Assembly: GCA_965116475.1 (NCBI GenBank)
Contig: OZ220691.1
Coordinates: 2,816,001 to 2,880,000 of the forward strand
Length of the DNA: 64,000 nt
Origin: Gemmatimonadota bacterium
GTDB taxonomy: Bacteria; Gemmatimonadota; Gemmatimonadetes; Palauibacterales; Palauibacteraceae
Direction of reading: 5' to 3'
Positions 1-9,765 of the stretch are shown one piece after another. The notes beneath the pieces were generated by a model. That model was not told the DNA's origin. It did not search any database and saw only the letters and a list, made by a program, of their open reading frames with translations. Position 1 is the stretch's first letter; the number at the start of each line of letters is the position of its first letter. The translations under genes were made by a program, and so were the position numbers.

Positions 1-1
1 C

Positions 2-400
2 GTCATCAAGGGCATCCAAACGGTCGAAGATGCCGTGCTCGCGGCGGACGCCGGGGTCGAGGGGATCGTGATCTCGAACCACGGCGGGAGGCAGCTCGAC
101 GACGCGCCCCCGACGCTGGAGTTGCTGCAACCGGTCGCGGATGCGGTCGGGGACCGGCTCGATGTGATGATCGACGGCGGTGTCCGCCGCGGCAGCGACA
201 TCGCGAAGGCCGTGGCGCTGGGGGCGAAGGCCTGTCTGGCGGGCCGTGCCTACTTCTACGCCCTCGGCGCCGGCGGCGAACGGGGCGTGGATCTCGTCCT
301 CAAGTGGTTCGACGAGGGATTCCGGCGCACGATGGCGCTTCTCGGCGCCCGTACGGTGGACGAAATCGCCCCCGAATCGGTGCGCTGGCGCGACCGCTGA
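2..400 (+). CDS. FMN-dependent alpha-hydroxy acid oxidase/dehydrogenase (LldD/MftD-like), 5'-truncated by window
   Basis: Frame open from window start: VIKGIQTVEDA...ISNHGGRQLD...DGGVRRGSDIAKAVALGA...GR, the FMN_dh C-terminal motifs. Confidence 0.9.
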   Translation, partial: VIKGIQTVEDAVLAADAGVEGIVISNHGGRQLDDAPPTLELLQPVADAVGDRLDVMIDGGVRRGSDIAKAVALGAKACLAGRAYFYALGAGGERGVDLVLKWFDEGFRRTMALLGARTVDEIAPESVRWRDR

Positions 401-515
401 ACGGGCTCCCGCCGCTTGCCTCACAGCGGGTGCCGCGCTTAGCGTGTTATGCGGATACATCTTTTAATGCGCCGATGGCGAACCGGCGGCGAACCGGCTG
501 AAAAAGCGGTCACAA

Positions 516-3077
516 ATGTTCGGACAGGAAGCGTACAGAACGATGGCAATCCGCACCGTCGGCGTGGCCTTGGCGCTGGTTCTCGGGGTCCCCGCGAACC
601 TTGCCGCGCAGGAAGGCCGGATCGTGTCCGCCGCAGCCGTGGAGGGGGCCGCCGGCCAGCCCGGCGTCGGTTCCGTCGCCGAGTTCGTCCACGCGCCCGC
701 CCCGCCCCCATCCCCGGCGGAATCTCCGGCGGAATCTCCGGCGAACGCCGCCCCCGTCGCGGCGGGGCCGAACGACATCGTCCAGGGCGTCTGCACGAAC
801 TGCCACAACAGTCGGCGCCTGGCGGGGAACCTCACCCTCGAGTCGTTCGATGTGGACGCCGCGGACGAGCAGGCGGAGACGGCCGAGAAGATGATCCGCA
901 AGCTGCGCGCCGGCATGATGCCGCCGCCCGGCGTGCGCCGCCCGCCGGAGGACGAACTCCTCGAACTCGTCGTGACGCTCGAGGACATCGTCGACGACGC
1001 GGCGGCCCGGAACCCGAACCCCGGCGGCCGCACCTTCCAGCGGCTCAACCGCCCCGAGTACGAGCGGGCGATCCGGGATCTGCTGGGGCTCGAGGTCGAC
1101 GCGGGGAAGTGGCTCCCCAACGACCAGATGAGCGCCAACTTCGACAACATCGCCGACGTGCAGGCGCTCTCGCCGACGCTGCTCGACGCCTACCTGAACG
1201 CGGCGGCGGAGATCAGCCGCATGGCCGTGGGCGACCGCAACGCTCCGCCGGTCAACACGACGTACAAGAACTCGCAGTACGTCTCGCAGCACCCGTGGGA
1301 CCACGTGGAGGGGGCTCCGTTCGGGACGCGCGGCGGGATGGTCGTGGAGCACACGTTCCCGGCCGACGGCGAGTACACCTTCTCGCTCGTCTTCACCTCC
1401 GGCGCGAACTCCCGCATGCAGGACGTCGACATCTCGATCGGCGGCGAGCGGGTCGCGCTCCTCCACTACACGCGGCGCGGCGGCGGGGCGGATGACCGCG
1501 GCTTCACGCCCGTCGAGACGGAACCGGTCTTCGTCCGCGCCGGCCAGCACCGCGTCTCCGCGGCCTTCATCCGGCGTCAGGAGGGACCGTACGAGGACCT
1601 GATCCGGCCGCACGTGTGGTCCAACGCCGGCGGCGGTTCGGGCGGGGGCGGGGTTACGACGCTGCCGCACCTGCAGGACCTCATCATCGGCGGGCCGCAC
1701 AACCCGACCGGCGTGTCGGAGTCGCCGATCCGCAAGCGCATCTTCACCTGCCGTCCCACGTCGTCCGACGAGGAGCGGCCCTGCGCCCGCGGCATCATCA
1801 CCGACCTCGCGCGCAGCGCCTACCGCCGCCCGCTCGAGCCGAGCGAGGTCGATGGCCTGATGACGTTCTACGATCTGGGCGTCGAGCAGGGCGGGTTCGA
1901 AATCGGCGTGCGCCTGGCCCTGGAGGCGGTCCTCGCCAGCCCCTTCTTCGTTCTCCGGCTCGAGCGCGAGCCCGAGGGCGTCGGGAGCGGAGAGGCCTAC
2001 GCCCTGGAGGACATCGACCTCGCCTCGCGGCTCTCGTTCTTCCTCTGGGGCCTGCCGCCGGACGAGGAACTGCGCGCCGCGGCGGTCGGGGGACGGCTGT
2101 CCGATCCCGGCGAACTGGAGCGCCAGGCGCGCCGCATGCTCGCCGACCCGCGCTCCGAGGCGCTGAGTTCACGCTTCGTGTCCCAGTGGCTGCGGCTGCA
2201 GGATCTCTACAAGGTTCGGCCCGACCCCAACTTCTTCCCGAACTTCGACGAGAACCTCGCGGATGCGATGCAGCGGGAGACGGAACTCCTCTTCCAGAGC
2301 CTCATCCGCGAGGACCGGAGTCTGCTCGACTTCTTCCGGGCGGACTACACGTTCGTGAACGAGCGCCTGGCTCGGCACTACGGGTTCGAGGGCGTGGCGG
2401 GCCGCGACTTCCAGCGCGTGAGCTATCCGGACGACGAGCGGGTCGGGATCCTCGGCCACGGCAGCGTCCTCGTCCTCACTTCGCTCGCGAACCGCACATC
2501 GCCGGTGCTGCGCGGGAAGTGGGTGATGGAGGTGCTGCTCGGGACGCCGCCCCCGCCGCCCCCGCCGGGGGTGCCGGACCTGGACGAGACGGAAGAGTCG
2601 ATGGACGGCCGGCTGCTCACGACGCGCGAGCGGATGGAGATGCACCGGGCGAGTCCGGCGTGCCGGTCCTGCCACCGGTTCATGGATCCCATCGGCCTCG
2701 CGCTGGACAACTTCGACGTGACCGGCAAGTGGCGCCTGCGTGAGAACGGGATGCCGCTCGACACGCGCGGCGATTTCTATGACGGGACGCCCGTCCAGAC
2801 GCCGCCCGAGCTCGTTGACGCGCTCCTCACGCGCCCGCTGCCGCTGCTCCGGAACTTCACGGAGAACCTGGCCGCGTACGGGCTCGGCCGCCGCGTCGAG
2901 TACTACGACCAGCCCTGGATCCGGTCGATCGTGGAGGACGCGGAAGAGGACGACTACAGGCTTTCGTCGCTGATCATGGGCGTCGTGAACGGTGATGCCT
3001 TCAGGATGAAGCGGGCCATGCCCGCGACCGCGGTAGAAGAGGAAGTTTCCGAGGAGGTTTCCGAAGACCGGCGCTAG
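516..3077 (+). CDS. DUF1592/DUF1588/DUF1587/DUF1585/DUF1595 (PSD) protein with c-type heme motifs
   Basis: Signal-like N-terminus (start may be ATG 543); CTNCH and CRSCH motifs; RLNRPEY..IRDLLG, LASRLSFFLW, RTSPVLRGKWV, DPIGLALDNFD. Confidence 0.88.
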   Translation: MFGQEAYRTMAIRTVGVALALVLGVPANLAAQEGRIVSAAAVEGAAGQPGVGSVAEFVHAPAPPPSPAESPAESPANAAPVAAGPNDIVQGVCTNCHNSRRLAGNLTLESFDVDAADEQAETAEKMIRKLRAGMMPPPGVRRPPEDELLELVVTLEDIVDDAAARNPNPGGRTFQRLNRPEYERAIRDLLGLEVDAGKWLPNDQMSANFDNIADVQALSPTLLDAYLNAAAEISRMAVGDRNAPPVNTTYKNSQYVSQHPWDHVEGAPFGTRGGMVVEHTFPADGEYTFSLVFTSGANSRMQDVDISIGGERVALLHYTRRGGGADDRGFTPVETEPVFVRAGQHRVSAAFIRRQEGPYEDLIRPHVWSNAGGGSGGGGVTTLPHLQDLIIGGPHNPTGVSESPIRKRIFTCRPTSSDEERPCARGIITDLARSAYRRPLEPSEVDGLMTFYDLGVEQGGFEIGVRLALEAVLASPFFVLRLEREPEGVGSGEAYALEDIDLASRLSFFLWGLPPDEELRAAAVGGRLSDPGELERQARRMLADPRSEALSSRFVSQWLRLQDLYKVRPDPNFFPNFDENLADAMQRETELLFQSLIREDRSLLDFFRADYTFVNERLARHYGFEGVAGRDFQRVSYPDDERVGILGHGSVLVLTSLANRTSPVLRGKWVMEVLLGTPPPPPPPGVPDLDETEESMDGRLLTTRERMEMHRASPACRSCHRFMDPIGLALDNFDVTGKWRLRENGMPLDTRGDFYDGTPVQTPPELVDALLTRPLPLLRNFTENLAAYGLGRRVEYYDQPWIRSIVEDAEEDDYRLSSLIMGVVNGDAFRMKRAMPATAVEEEVSEEVSEDRR

Positions 3078-3105
3078 ACGGCCCGTGCGGCCGGGCGGCG
3101 GTCCG

Positions 3106-3141
3106 ACGTTCCGAGAGGGAAGAACGTTCCGAGAGGGAAGA
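3106..3141 (+). repeat. Perfect 2 x 18-bp tandem repeat ACGTTCCGAGAGGGAAGA over the ribosome-binding region of the DUF1552 gene
   Basis: Copies at 3106-3123 and 3124-3141; ATG at 3143. Confidence 0.9.
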
Positions 3142-3142
3142 C

Positions 3143-4579
3143 ATGGAATTCATCACCGGACAGCACCTGCCTCGCAGGACCTTCATTCGGGGTGTCGGGG
3201 CCACGCTCGCCCTGCCGTTCCTCGACGCGATGGTTCCGGCGGGCCGTCTGTGGGGATCGACGGGCGCGAAGAGCCTGACGGAGGGGACGGGGACCCGGCT
3301 CATCGCGATCGAGGAGGTGCACGGCCTCGCGGGGTGCAACCGCGAGCACGGGGCGACGAAGTTCCTCTTCGCACCGGAAAAGGCGGGACGCGAATTCGAG
3401 ATCATCGATGACAGCGCGCTCGTCTCGCTGCGGCCGTACCGCGAGCACCTGACGATCATCAGCAACACGGACGTGCGGAACGCCGAAGCGTTCACGCCGC
3501 CCGAGATCGGCGGGGACCACTTCCGCTCGAGCGCCGTGTTCCTCACGCAGGCCCATCCGAAGCAGACGCAGGGTTCGGACATCTTCTGCGGCACGTCGAT
3601 GGACCAGATCTACGCGCAGCGCTTCGGGCAGGAAACGCCGATGCCGTCGATGCAGTTCTGTATCGAGAACCTCGATCAGGCGGGCGGCTGCACGTACAAC
3701 TACTCGTGCGCGTACACCGACTCGCTGAGCTGGGCGTCGCCGACCGAACCGCTGCCCATGATCCGCGATCCGCGGGTCGCCTTCGACCTGCTGTTCGGCG
3801 CCGGCGGCACCGAGGCGGAGCGGGCGGCGCGGCGGGCCACGCGGCGCAGCATCCTCGACTGGATCTCGGGCGAGATCTCTTCCGTCCAGCGCACCCTCGG
3901 CGCGGAGGACGCGCGCCGCATGGACCAGTACCTGACGAACGTGCGCGAACTGGAGCGGCGGATTCAGATGGTCGAGGGACGGAACTCGAGCGGCGAGGAG
4001 CGCGCGCTGCCCGAGGCGCCGGCCGGCGTGCCGGACTCGTTCACCGAGCACATGCAGATGCTGTTCGACATCCAGGTGCTCGCCCTCGAGACCGACATGA
4101 CGCGCGTGATCTCCTTCAAGACGGGGCGCGACGCGCAGAACCGGGTTTTCCCCGACAGCGAGTCGGACCGGCCCTTCCACCCGGCCTCCCACCACGGGAA
4201 CCGGGAGGAGGCGGTGCTGGAGTTCAACAGGATCAACCAGTTCCGCGTGGGGCAGCTCCCGTACCTCATCGACAAGCTCAAGAACACGATGCACGGCGAG
4301 GAGAGCCTGCTCGATCAGAGCGTGGTCCTGTGGGGTTCGCCGATGGCGGACGCGAACCTGCACAACCACCGCCGCGCGCCGCTCTTCCTGCTCGGCCACG
4401 GGAACGGGATGCTGGAGGGCAACCTGCACATCAAGGCGCCGGACGGGACGCCGATGGCGAACGCGATGCTCTCCGTCCTGCACGGGCTCGGCGTCGACGA
4501 CATGCACGAGTTCGGCGACAGCACCGGCCCGATGGCGCTCAACCAGGCCGACCCGGCCACGACGGACGCGGGGACCTGA
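3143..4579 (+). CDS. DUF1552 (HXXSHH) family protein
   Basis: RRTFIRG.GATLALPFLDAM Tat-like N-terminus; HPASHH motif; usual position next to a DUF1592 gene. Confidence 0.88.
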   Translation: MEFITGQHLPRRTFIRGVGATLALPFLDAMVPAGRLWGSTGAKSLTEGTGTRLIAIEEVHGLAGCNREHGATKFLFAPEKAGREFEIIDDSALVSLRPYREHLTIISNTDVRNAEAFTPPEIGGDHFRSSAVFLTQAHPKQTQGSDIFCGTSMDQIYAQRFGQETPMPSMQFCIENLDQAGGCTYNYSCAYTDSLSWASPTEPLPMIRDPRVAFDLLFGAGGTEAERAARRATRRSILDWISGEISSVQRTLGAEDARRMDQYLTNVRELERRIQMVEGRNSSGEERALPEAPAGVPDSFTEHMQMLFDIQVLALETDMTRVISFKTGRDAQNRVFPDSESDRPFHPASHHGNREEAVLEFNRINQFRVGQLPYLIDKLKNTMHGEESLLDQSVVLWGSPMADANLHNHRRAPLFLLGHGNGMLEGNLHIKAPDGTPMANAMLSVLHGLGVDDMHEFGDSTGPMALNQADPATTDAGT

Positions 4580-4581
4580 CC

Positions 4582-6612
4582 GTGCGGGCAGGCAGGCTCC
4601 GGCACGCGTTCGCGGTTCTCTGCGCGGCCGTCCTCGTTTCGGCGGGGACGCCCCATTCGCTGCCCGATGTGCCTCCCCATGGGCCGCCCGATTCCCCCGT
4701 CGCCGACGCCGCCATGCGCGGCGAGGTCGAGACGGTGCGGGAACTCCTGCGACAGGGGCTCGACGTCAATGCGGCGCAGGGAGACGGGATGACCGCCCTG
4801 CACTGGGCCGCCGACAGGGGCGACGCGGAACTCGCCGACATGCTCATCTACGCCGGGGCCGACGTGGCGGCCGTCACGCGGATCGGGCACTACACGCCGC
4901 TCCACCTCGCCGCGCGACGGGGCTCGGCGGCGATCCTCGGCGGCCTCATCGCCGCGGGATCGGACGTGATGGCGCTGACCGCGAACAGCGGCGCCACGGC
5001 GCTTCACCTCGCCGCGGCGGCGGGAGACCCCGACGCGGTCGCCGTGCTGCTCAACGCGGGCGCGGACCCCGATGCGGTCGAGGCGGAGTGGGGCCAGACG
5101 CCGCTCACTTTCGCCGCCGCCGGCAACCGGGCCGCTGCGATCCGCGCGCTCCTGGAGGGCGGTGCGGACCCCGACCTCACGTCGCTCGTCATCGACATCA
5201 TCGAGCAGGAAAAGCTGGACCGCCTGGCGCGCCAGCGTGAGACGGAGGTGCTCCAGGCGTTCACCGGAGAGGGGGACGAGGCACGCGCGCCGACGCCGGG
5301 CGAACTGCAGGCCGCCGTGCGCGCGGGACGCGAGATCTACGCGGAGGGCCTCCCCGAGGAAGAGGAGGAGGAGGAAGAGGACGAGAACGACTTCAGTCGT
5401 CTCTTTCTGCCTCCGGTCGAGAAGATCGGCGGCCTGACGCCGCTCCTGCACGCGGTTCGCCAGGGGTACGTGGAATCGACCGTCGCCCTCCTCGACGGCG
5501 GCGCGGACATCGACCTCGTAAGCGCGGCGGACGGCACGAGTCCGCTCGTGATGGCCGCGATCAACGGCCAGTTCGACCTCGTGCTGATGCTCCTCGAGCG
5601 CGGAGCCGACCCGAACATCGCGTCCGAACTCAACGGGGTATCGCCCCTGTGGGCCGTCATCAACGCCCGGTGGCAGCCGCGCACGCGGTTCCCGCAACCG
5701 CAGGAGCGTCCGCTCCAGAGCGCGAACTACCTGGAAGTGGCGCGCGCGCTGCTCGACGCGGGCGCGGATGCCAACCACCGGATCACGCGGCATCCGTGGT
5801 ACATGGTCTACACGGGCTGCGGCAACCGGAACTGCGGCCTCGTCGACACCAACGGCGCCACCGCCTTCTGGCGCGCCGCCTACGCGACGGACGTCGAGGC
5901 GATGAAGCTCCTCGTCGAATACGGGGCCGACCCGAACATCCCGACCAAGGCGCCGCCGCGGCGCCAGCGGCTCTCGCCGGACGAGTTCCTGCGGCAACAG
6001 GCGCTGAACGCGCTGCGCGACTCCACCTACGTGGAACTTCCGCAGGAGGAGCGCCTCAAGCTGCTCCAGGACATTCGCGAGCAGCTGCCCGAGGAGGAGC
6101 GGAAGGAGTTCCCCGACAAGGACCTCGACAATCTCACCGCGGACGTGAGGGACAGGCTGATCGAGGCCGCCGAGGCGGCGGACCAGGCGCGGGCGAACGC
6201 ACCCGACGCTTCGGGGCTGCCGCCCGTGCCCCCGGGCGGGCCGGGCGTGATGCCGATCCACGCGGCCTCCGGCGTCGGCTACGGCGAGGGGTTCGCGGGC
6301 AACGCACACCGCCACACGCCCGAAGGCTGGATACCTGCCGTGAAATACCTCGTCGAGCAACTCGGTGCGGACGTGAACGCCCGCGACCACAACGGCTACA
6401 CGGCGCTGCACAACGCGGCCTCGCGCGGAGACAACGAGATGATACTCTATCTCGTGGAAGTGGGAGGCGACGTCACCGTCGTCAGCCGCCGCGGCCAGAC
6501 GACGGCCGACATGGCGAACGGCCCCGTGCAGCGCGTCTCGCCCTTCCCGGAGACCGTCGCGCTCCTCGAGAGCCTGGGCTCTCACAACAACAACAACTGC
6601 CTGACCTGCTGA
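4582..6612 (+). CDS. Secreted ankyrin-repeat protein
   Basis: GTG at 4582 in frame with ORF 3706-6612; many ankyrin repeats (GMTALHWAA, YTPLHLAA, GATALHLAA, GLTPLLHAV, GYTALHNAA); C-terminal CLTC. Confidence 0.88.
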   Translation: MRAGRLRHAFAVLCAAVLVSAGTPHSLPDVPPHGPPDSPVADAAMRGEVETVRELLRQGLDVNAAQGDGMTALHWAADRGDAELADMLIYAGADVAAVTRIGHYTPLHLAARRGSAAILGGLIAAGSDVMALTANSGATALHLAAAAGDPDAVAVLLNAGADPDAVEAEWGQTPLTFAAAGNRAAAIRALLEGGADPDLTSLVIDIIEQEKLDRLARQRETEVLQAFTGEGDEARAPTPGELQAAVRAGREIYAEGLPEEEEEEEEDENDFSRLFLPPVEKIGGLTPLLHAVRQGYVESTVALLDGGADIDLVSAADGTSPLVMAAINGQFDLVLMLLERGADPNIASELNGVSPLWAVINARWQPRTRFPQPQERPLQSANYLEVARALLDAGADANHRITRHPWYMVYTGCGNRNCGLVDTNGATAFWRAAYATDVEAMKLLVEYGADPNIPTKAPPRRQRLSPDEFLRQQALNALRDSTYVELPQEERLKLLQDIREQLPEEERKEFPDKDLDNLTADVRDRLIEAAEAADQARANAPDASGLPPVPPGGPGVMPIHAASGVGYGEGFAGNAHRHTPEGWIPAVKYLVEQLGADVNARDHNGYTALHNAASRGDNEMILYLVEVGGDVTVVSRRGQTTADMANGPVQRVSPFPETVALLESLGSHNNNNCLTC

Positions 6613-6665
6613 GCGACAGGCAACCTTCCAAACCGAACCGAACCACCAAACGGATACGGAGAACC

Positions 6666-6986
6666 ATGGCCAAGTACATGTTCCGGACGAGCTACACGCA
6701 GTCGGGTCTCAAGGGCTTGATCGCCGAGGGCGGCACCGGCCGCCGCGAGGCTCTGCGCCAGACCGTGGAGAGCGCGGGCGGCAAGCTCGATGGCTTCTAC
6801 TACGCCTTCGGCGACGACGACCTCCTGATGATCGCCGACCTTCCCGACGCGACCGCGGCCACGACACTTTCGCTCAACATCGCCGCCGCGGGGGCCCTGA
6901 CCGTCTCCGTAACCGTGCTCATCGACCCCGAGACCGTGGACGAGGCCGTCGCCCGAGGCGTCTCCTACCGCCCCCCCGGAGCCTGA
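6666..6986 (+). CDS. GYD domain protein
   Basis: MAKYMFRTSYTQSGLKGLIAEGGTGRREA...GGKLDGFYYAFGDDD...YRPPG; GGAG RBS upstream. Confidence 0.8.
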   Translation: MAKYMFRTSYTQSGLKGLIAEGGTGRREALRQTVESAGGKLDGFYYAFGDDDLLMIADLPDATAATTLSLNIAAAGALTVSVTVLIDPETVDEAVARGVSYRPPGA

Positions 6987-7002
6987 GCCGCCACTTTGAA
7001 GA

Positions 7003-7024
7003 CGGGGCCTGATCGCGGGCCCCG
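7003..7024 (+). terminator. GC hairpin after GYD gene
   Basis: CGGGGCC-8 nt-GGCCCCG; no U-tract. Confidence 0.35.
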
Positions 7025-7113
7025 AACACAAGGCGCCTGACCGCGTTGCGCGGGGCCGTCGGCGCGGAGCAAGTTGGGGTTCCGTTCGGCGATCCCTCGA
7101 CCTGCGAGCTGCG

Positions 7114-9765
7114 ATGCGTATCGGCCCCGCTCCCGTTCTCGTTCTCTCCGTCAGCGTCATCCTCGGCTGTGAACCCGGCGATGGCGCGCCCGGCGTGTCC
7201 GGCGCGCCCGGACTGCTCGAGTCCGCCTCGGCGCGGCCCGTGGCGCCTCTGCTCGCCGAAGAGCCGCCGCCCGCGTTCGGCGGCTATCCCGGCGTGCGGC
7301 ACGGCGGCAACTACATGCACAACTACTACCTGCCGCCGGCGCCGGGAACGACGCCCTGGTTCCCCGCCTGGTCGCCCGATGGCGAGTCGATCGCGGTCGG
7401 GATGGCCGGCTCCGTCTGGGAAGTAGACGTGGAGACGGGCGACGCGACGGAACTCACCCGCGGGGGCACGTACCATTCGTCCCCCTCCTACTCTCCCGAT
7501 GGCCGGTGGATCGCGTACACGGCCGACTACGGCGGCGAGCGGATCCAGCTCGAGGTGCTGGACACGGAGACGGGGGAAACGCGGGCGCTGACGGACGACA
7601 GTTTCGTGTACGCCGATCCCGTGTTCTCTCCCGACGGCACACGCATCGCCTACGTGTCGAGCGCGCCCAACGGGTTCTTCAACGTCTACATCCGGGAGGT
7701 GGCGGACGGCGACTGGGCGGGGCCCGAGATCGCGGTCACGAGCGACAACTCCTACGGGAACAACCGGCTCTACTTCGGGCCCATGGACATGCACCTGTCG
7801 CCCGCGTGGATGCCGGATGGCGAGGAACTCCTCCTCGTCTCGAACCGCGACGTGCCGCTGGGCTCGGGGAATGTGATCCGGGTGCCGGCGCGCGCGGACG
7901 GAATCCGGGAGGCACGGACGGTGCTGCGGGAGCAGACGCTGTACCGCACGCGGCCGGACGTGTCGCTGCACGGCCGGCGCTTCGTCTACTCGTCGACGGC
8001 GGGGGCGGCGGACCAGTTCAACAACCTGTACGTGCAGCCGACCGAGGGCGGCGAGCCGTACAAGCTCACCTTCTTCGAGCACGACGCCTTCCACCCGCGC
8101 TGGTCGCCCGATGGGGAGACGATCGCCTACATCACGAACGAGGGCGGCCTCCCGCAACTCGAACTCATCGAGACCTACGGCGGCGGCCGGCGGCGGATCG
8201 AGATCGGCGAGCGCACCTACGCGGGGCCCACGGGCATGCTCTCGGTCACGGTGCGCACGGACGCGAGCGGGCGGGATCCCGTGCCGGCGCGCGTCACGCT
8301 CCTGGGGCCGGACGGCAAGTACCACGGCCCGCCCGACGAGTACGCCCGCATCGGCCAGCGCGGGCGCTATCCCGCCTTCCACACGGACGGGACGTTCACG
8401 GTCGCCCTCCCGCCGGGCGAGGCGGACCTCACCATCGTGAAGGGCTTCGAGATCGAGCCGCAGCGCATGAAGGTGGCGCTCGAGGCGGACGCCACGGTGG
8501 CGCTCGAGGTCACGCTGCACCGGTTCGCGGACCTCTCGGCGGACGGCTGGCACAACGGCTCCACGCACGTGCATATGAACTATGCGGGGAACCTGCACAA
8601 CACGCTCGAGAACCTGATGTTCATGTCCGCGGCGGAGGACCAGGACATCGTGAACGAGCAGGTGGCGAACAAGGACAACCGGATCCTCGACCACCAGTTC
8701 TTCGTGCCCGGGGGCGGAGAGCACCCGGTGTCGGCGGAGACCGAGGACATGGTCGTCATCGTGGGGCAGGAGTATCGGCCGCCGTTCTACGGGCACGTGT
8801 TCATGTTCGGGATGCGCGACCACCTCATCTCACCCTTCACGACGGGATACGAGGGGACGGCGATCGAGAGCCTCTATCCGTCGAACACGGACATGATGCG
8901 GAAGGCGAAGGACCAGGGGGCGACGACGGGCTACGTCCACCCCTACTTCGGCGATGTCGACCCGCTCACGTTCGGGCTCATGGGCGGGAAGGGGTTCATG
9001 GTCGACGCCGTGCTGGGAACGAGCGACGCGCTCGAGTGGTCCACGGCGGAGCGCGCCGGCTTCTTCCCGCTCTACGCGCTGTGGAGCAACGACGTGCGCG
9101 TCTGCGCCACGGGCGGGGAGGACTCGATCAGCAACCTGCACGCGACGCCGCTCGTGGGGGCGATGCGAACGTACGTGCGCCCGCCGGACGGGCGCCTGAC
9201 GGCCGACGGGTGGTTCGAGGGCCTGCGCGGCGCCGCGGCGTTCGTGACGAACGGGCCGCTCGTCGAACTCACGGTAAACGGGGCGATCCCCGGTTCCGTC
9301 CTCGACCTGGGCGGGGACGCGGCGAGCGTGGAGGTGGAGGCCAGCGTGCGGTCGATCGTGCCGCTGACCCGGGCCTGGCTCGTGCGCGACGGCGAGGACG
9401 TCCTCGAACTCGAACTCTCCGAGGACCGCCTGTCGGCGTCCTACGCGGGTGACGTCGAGATCGACGGAAGCGGCTGGATCCACCTGCGGGCCGAGGGCGA
9501 GCCCGAGGAACGGTTCCCGCTCGACGCGGCTTACCCGCAGGGGTTCACGAACCCCGTCTGGTTCACGGTCGGCGGCGCGGCGATCCGCGACGCGGCGGGC
9601 GCGCAGTACGGCCTCGACTGGATCGACGAACTCGAACGCCAGGCGCGGGAGTGGCCCGGCTGGCGGTCGCAGTCGGAGCAGGACCACGTCTACGCCCAGT
9701 TCGAAGAGGCCCGCGACGTGTACCGACGGCTCCTGTCCGAGGCCGGCGGCACGGGCGGCGAGTGA
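7114..9765 (+). CDS. Lipoprotein with TolB-like (PD40) propeller and CehA/McbA-type PHP-fold metallohydrolase domain
   Basis: ILGC lipobox; repeated WSPDG/YSPDG/FSPDG; GWHNGSTHVHMN, GQEYRPPFYGH, GYVHP, ATGGEDS, TNGP. Confidence 0.78.
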   Translation: MRIGPAPVLVLSVSVILGCEPGDGAPGVSGAPGLLESASARPVAPLLAEEPPPAFGGYPGVRHGGNYMHNYYLPPAPGTTPWFPAWSPDGESIAVGMAGSVWEVDVETGDATELTRGGTYHSSPSYSPDGRWIAYTADYGGERIQLEVLDTETGETRALTDDSFVYADPVFSPDGTRIAYVSSAPNGFFNVYIREVADGDWAGPEIAVTSDNSYGNNRLYFGPMDMHLSPAWMPDGEELLLVSNRDVPLGSGNVIRVPARADGIREARTVLREQTLYRTRPDVSLHGRRFVYSSTAGAADQFNNLYVQPTEGGEPYKLTFFEHDAFHPRWSPDGETIAYITNEGGLPQLELIETYGGGRRRIEIGERTYAGPTGMLSVTVRTDASGRDPVPARVTLLGPDGKYHGPPDEYARIGQRGRYPAFHTDGTFTVALPPGEADLTIVKGFEIEPQRMKVALEADATVALEVTLHRFADLSADGWHNGSTHVHMNYAGNLHNTLENLMFMSAAEDQDIVNEQVANKDNRILDHQFFVPGGGEHPVSAETEDMVVIVGQEYRPPFYGHVFMFGMRDHLISPFTTGYEGTAIESLYPSNTDMMRKAKDQGATTGYVHPYFGDVDPLTFGLMGGKGFMVDAVLGTSDALEWSTAERAGFFPLYALWSNDVRVCATGGEDSISNLHATPLVGAMRTYVRPPDGRLTADGWFEGLRGAAAFVTNGPLVELTVNGAIPGSVLDLGGDAASVEVEASVRSIVPLTRAWLVRDGEDVLELELSEDRLSASYAGDVEIDGSGWIHLRAEGEPEERFPLDAAYPQGFTNPVWFTVGGAAIRDAAGAQYGLDWIDELERQAREWPGWRSQSEQDHVYAQFEEARDVYRRLLSEAGGTGGE

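Noticed and set aside
2..400. Mycofactocin cluster (mftD)
   Set aside because: Only a generic FMN_dh C-terminus is visible; no other mft genes in the window
3706..4581. N-terminal 292 aa of the 968-aa ORF
   Set aside because: Overlaps the DUF1552 gene out of frame; the ankyrin gene plausibly starts at GTG 4582 with a signal peptide
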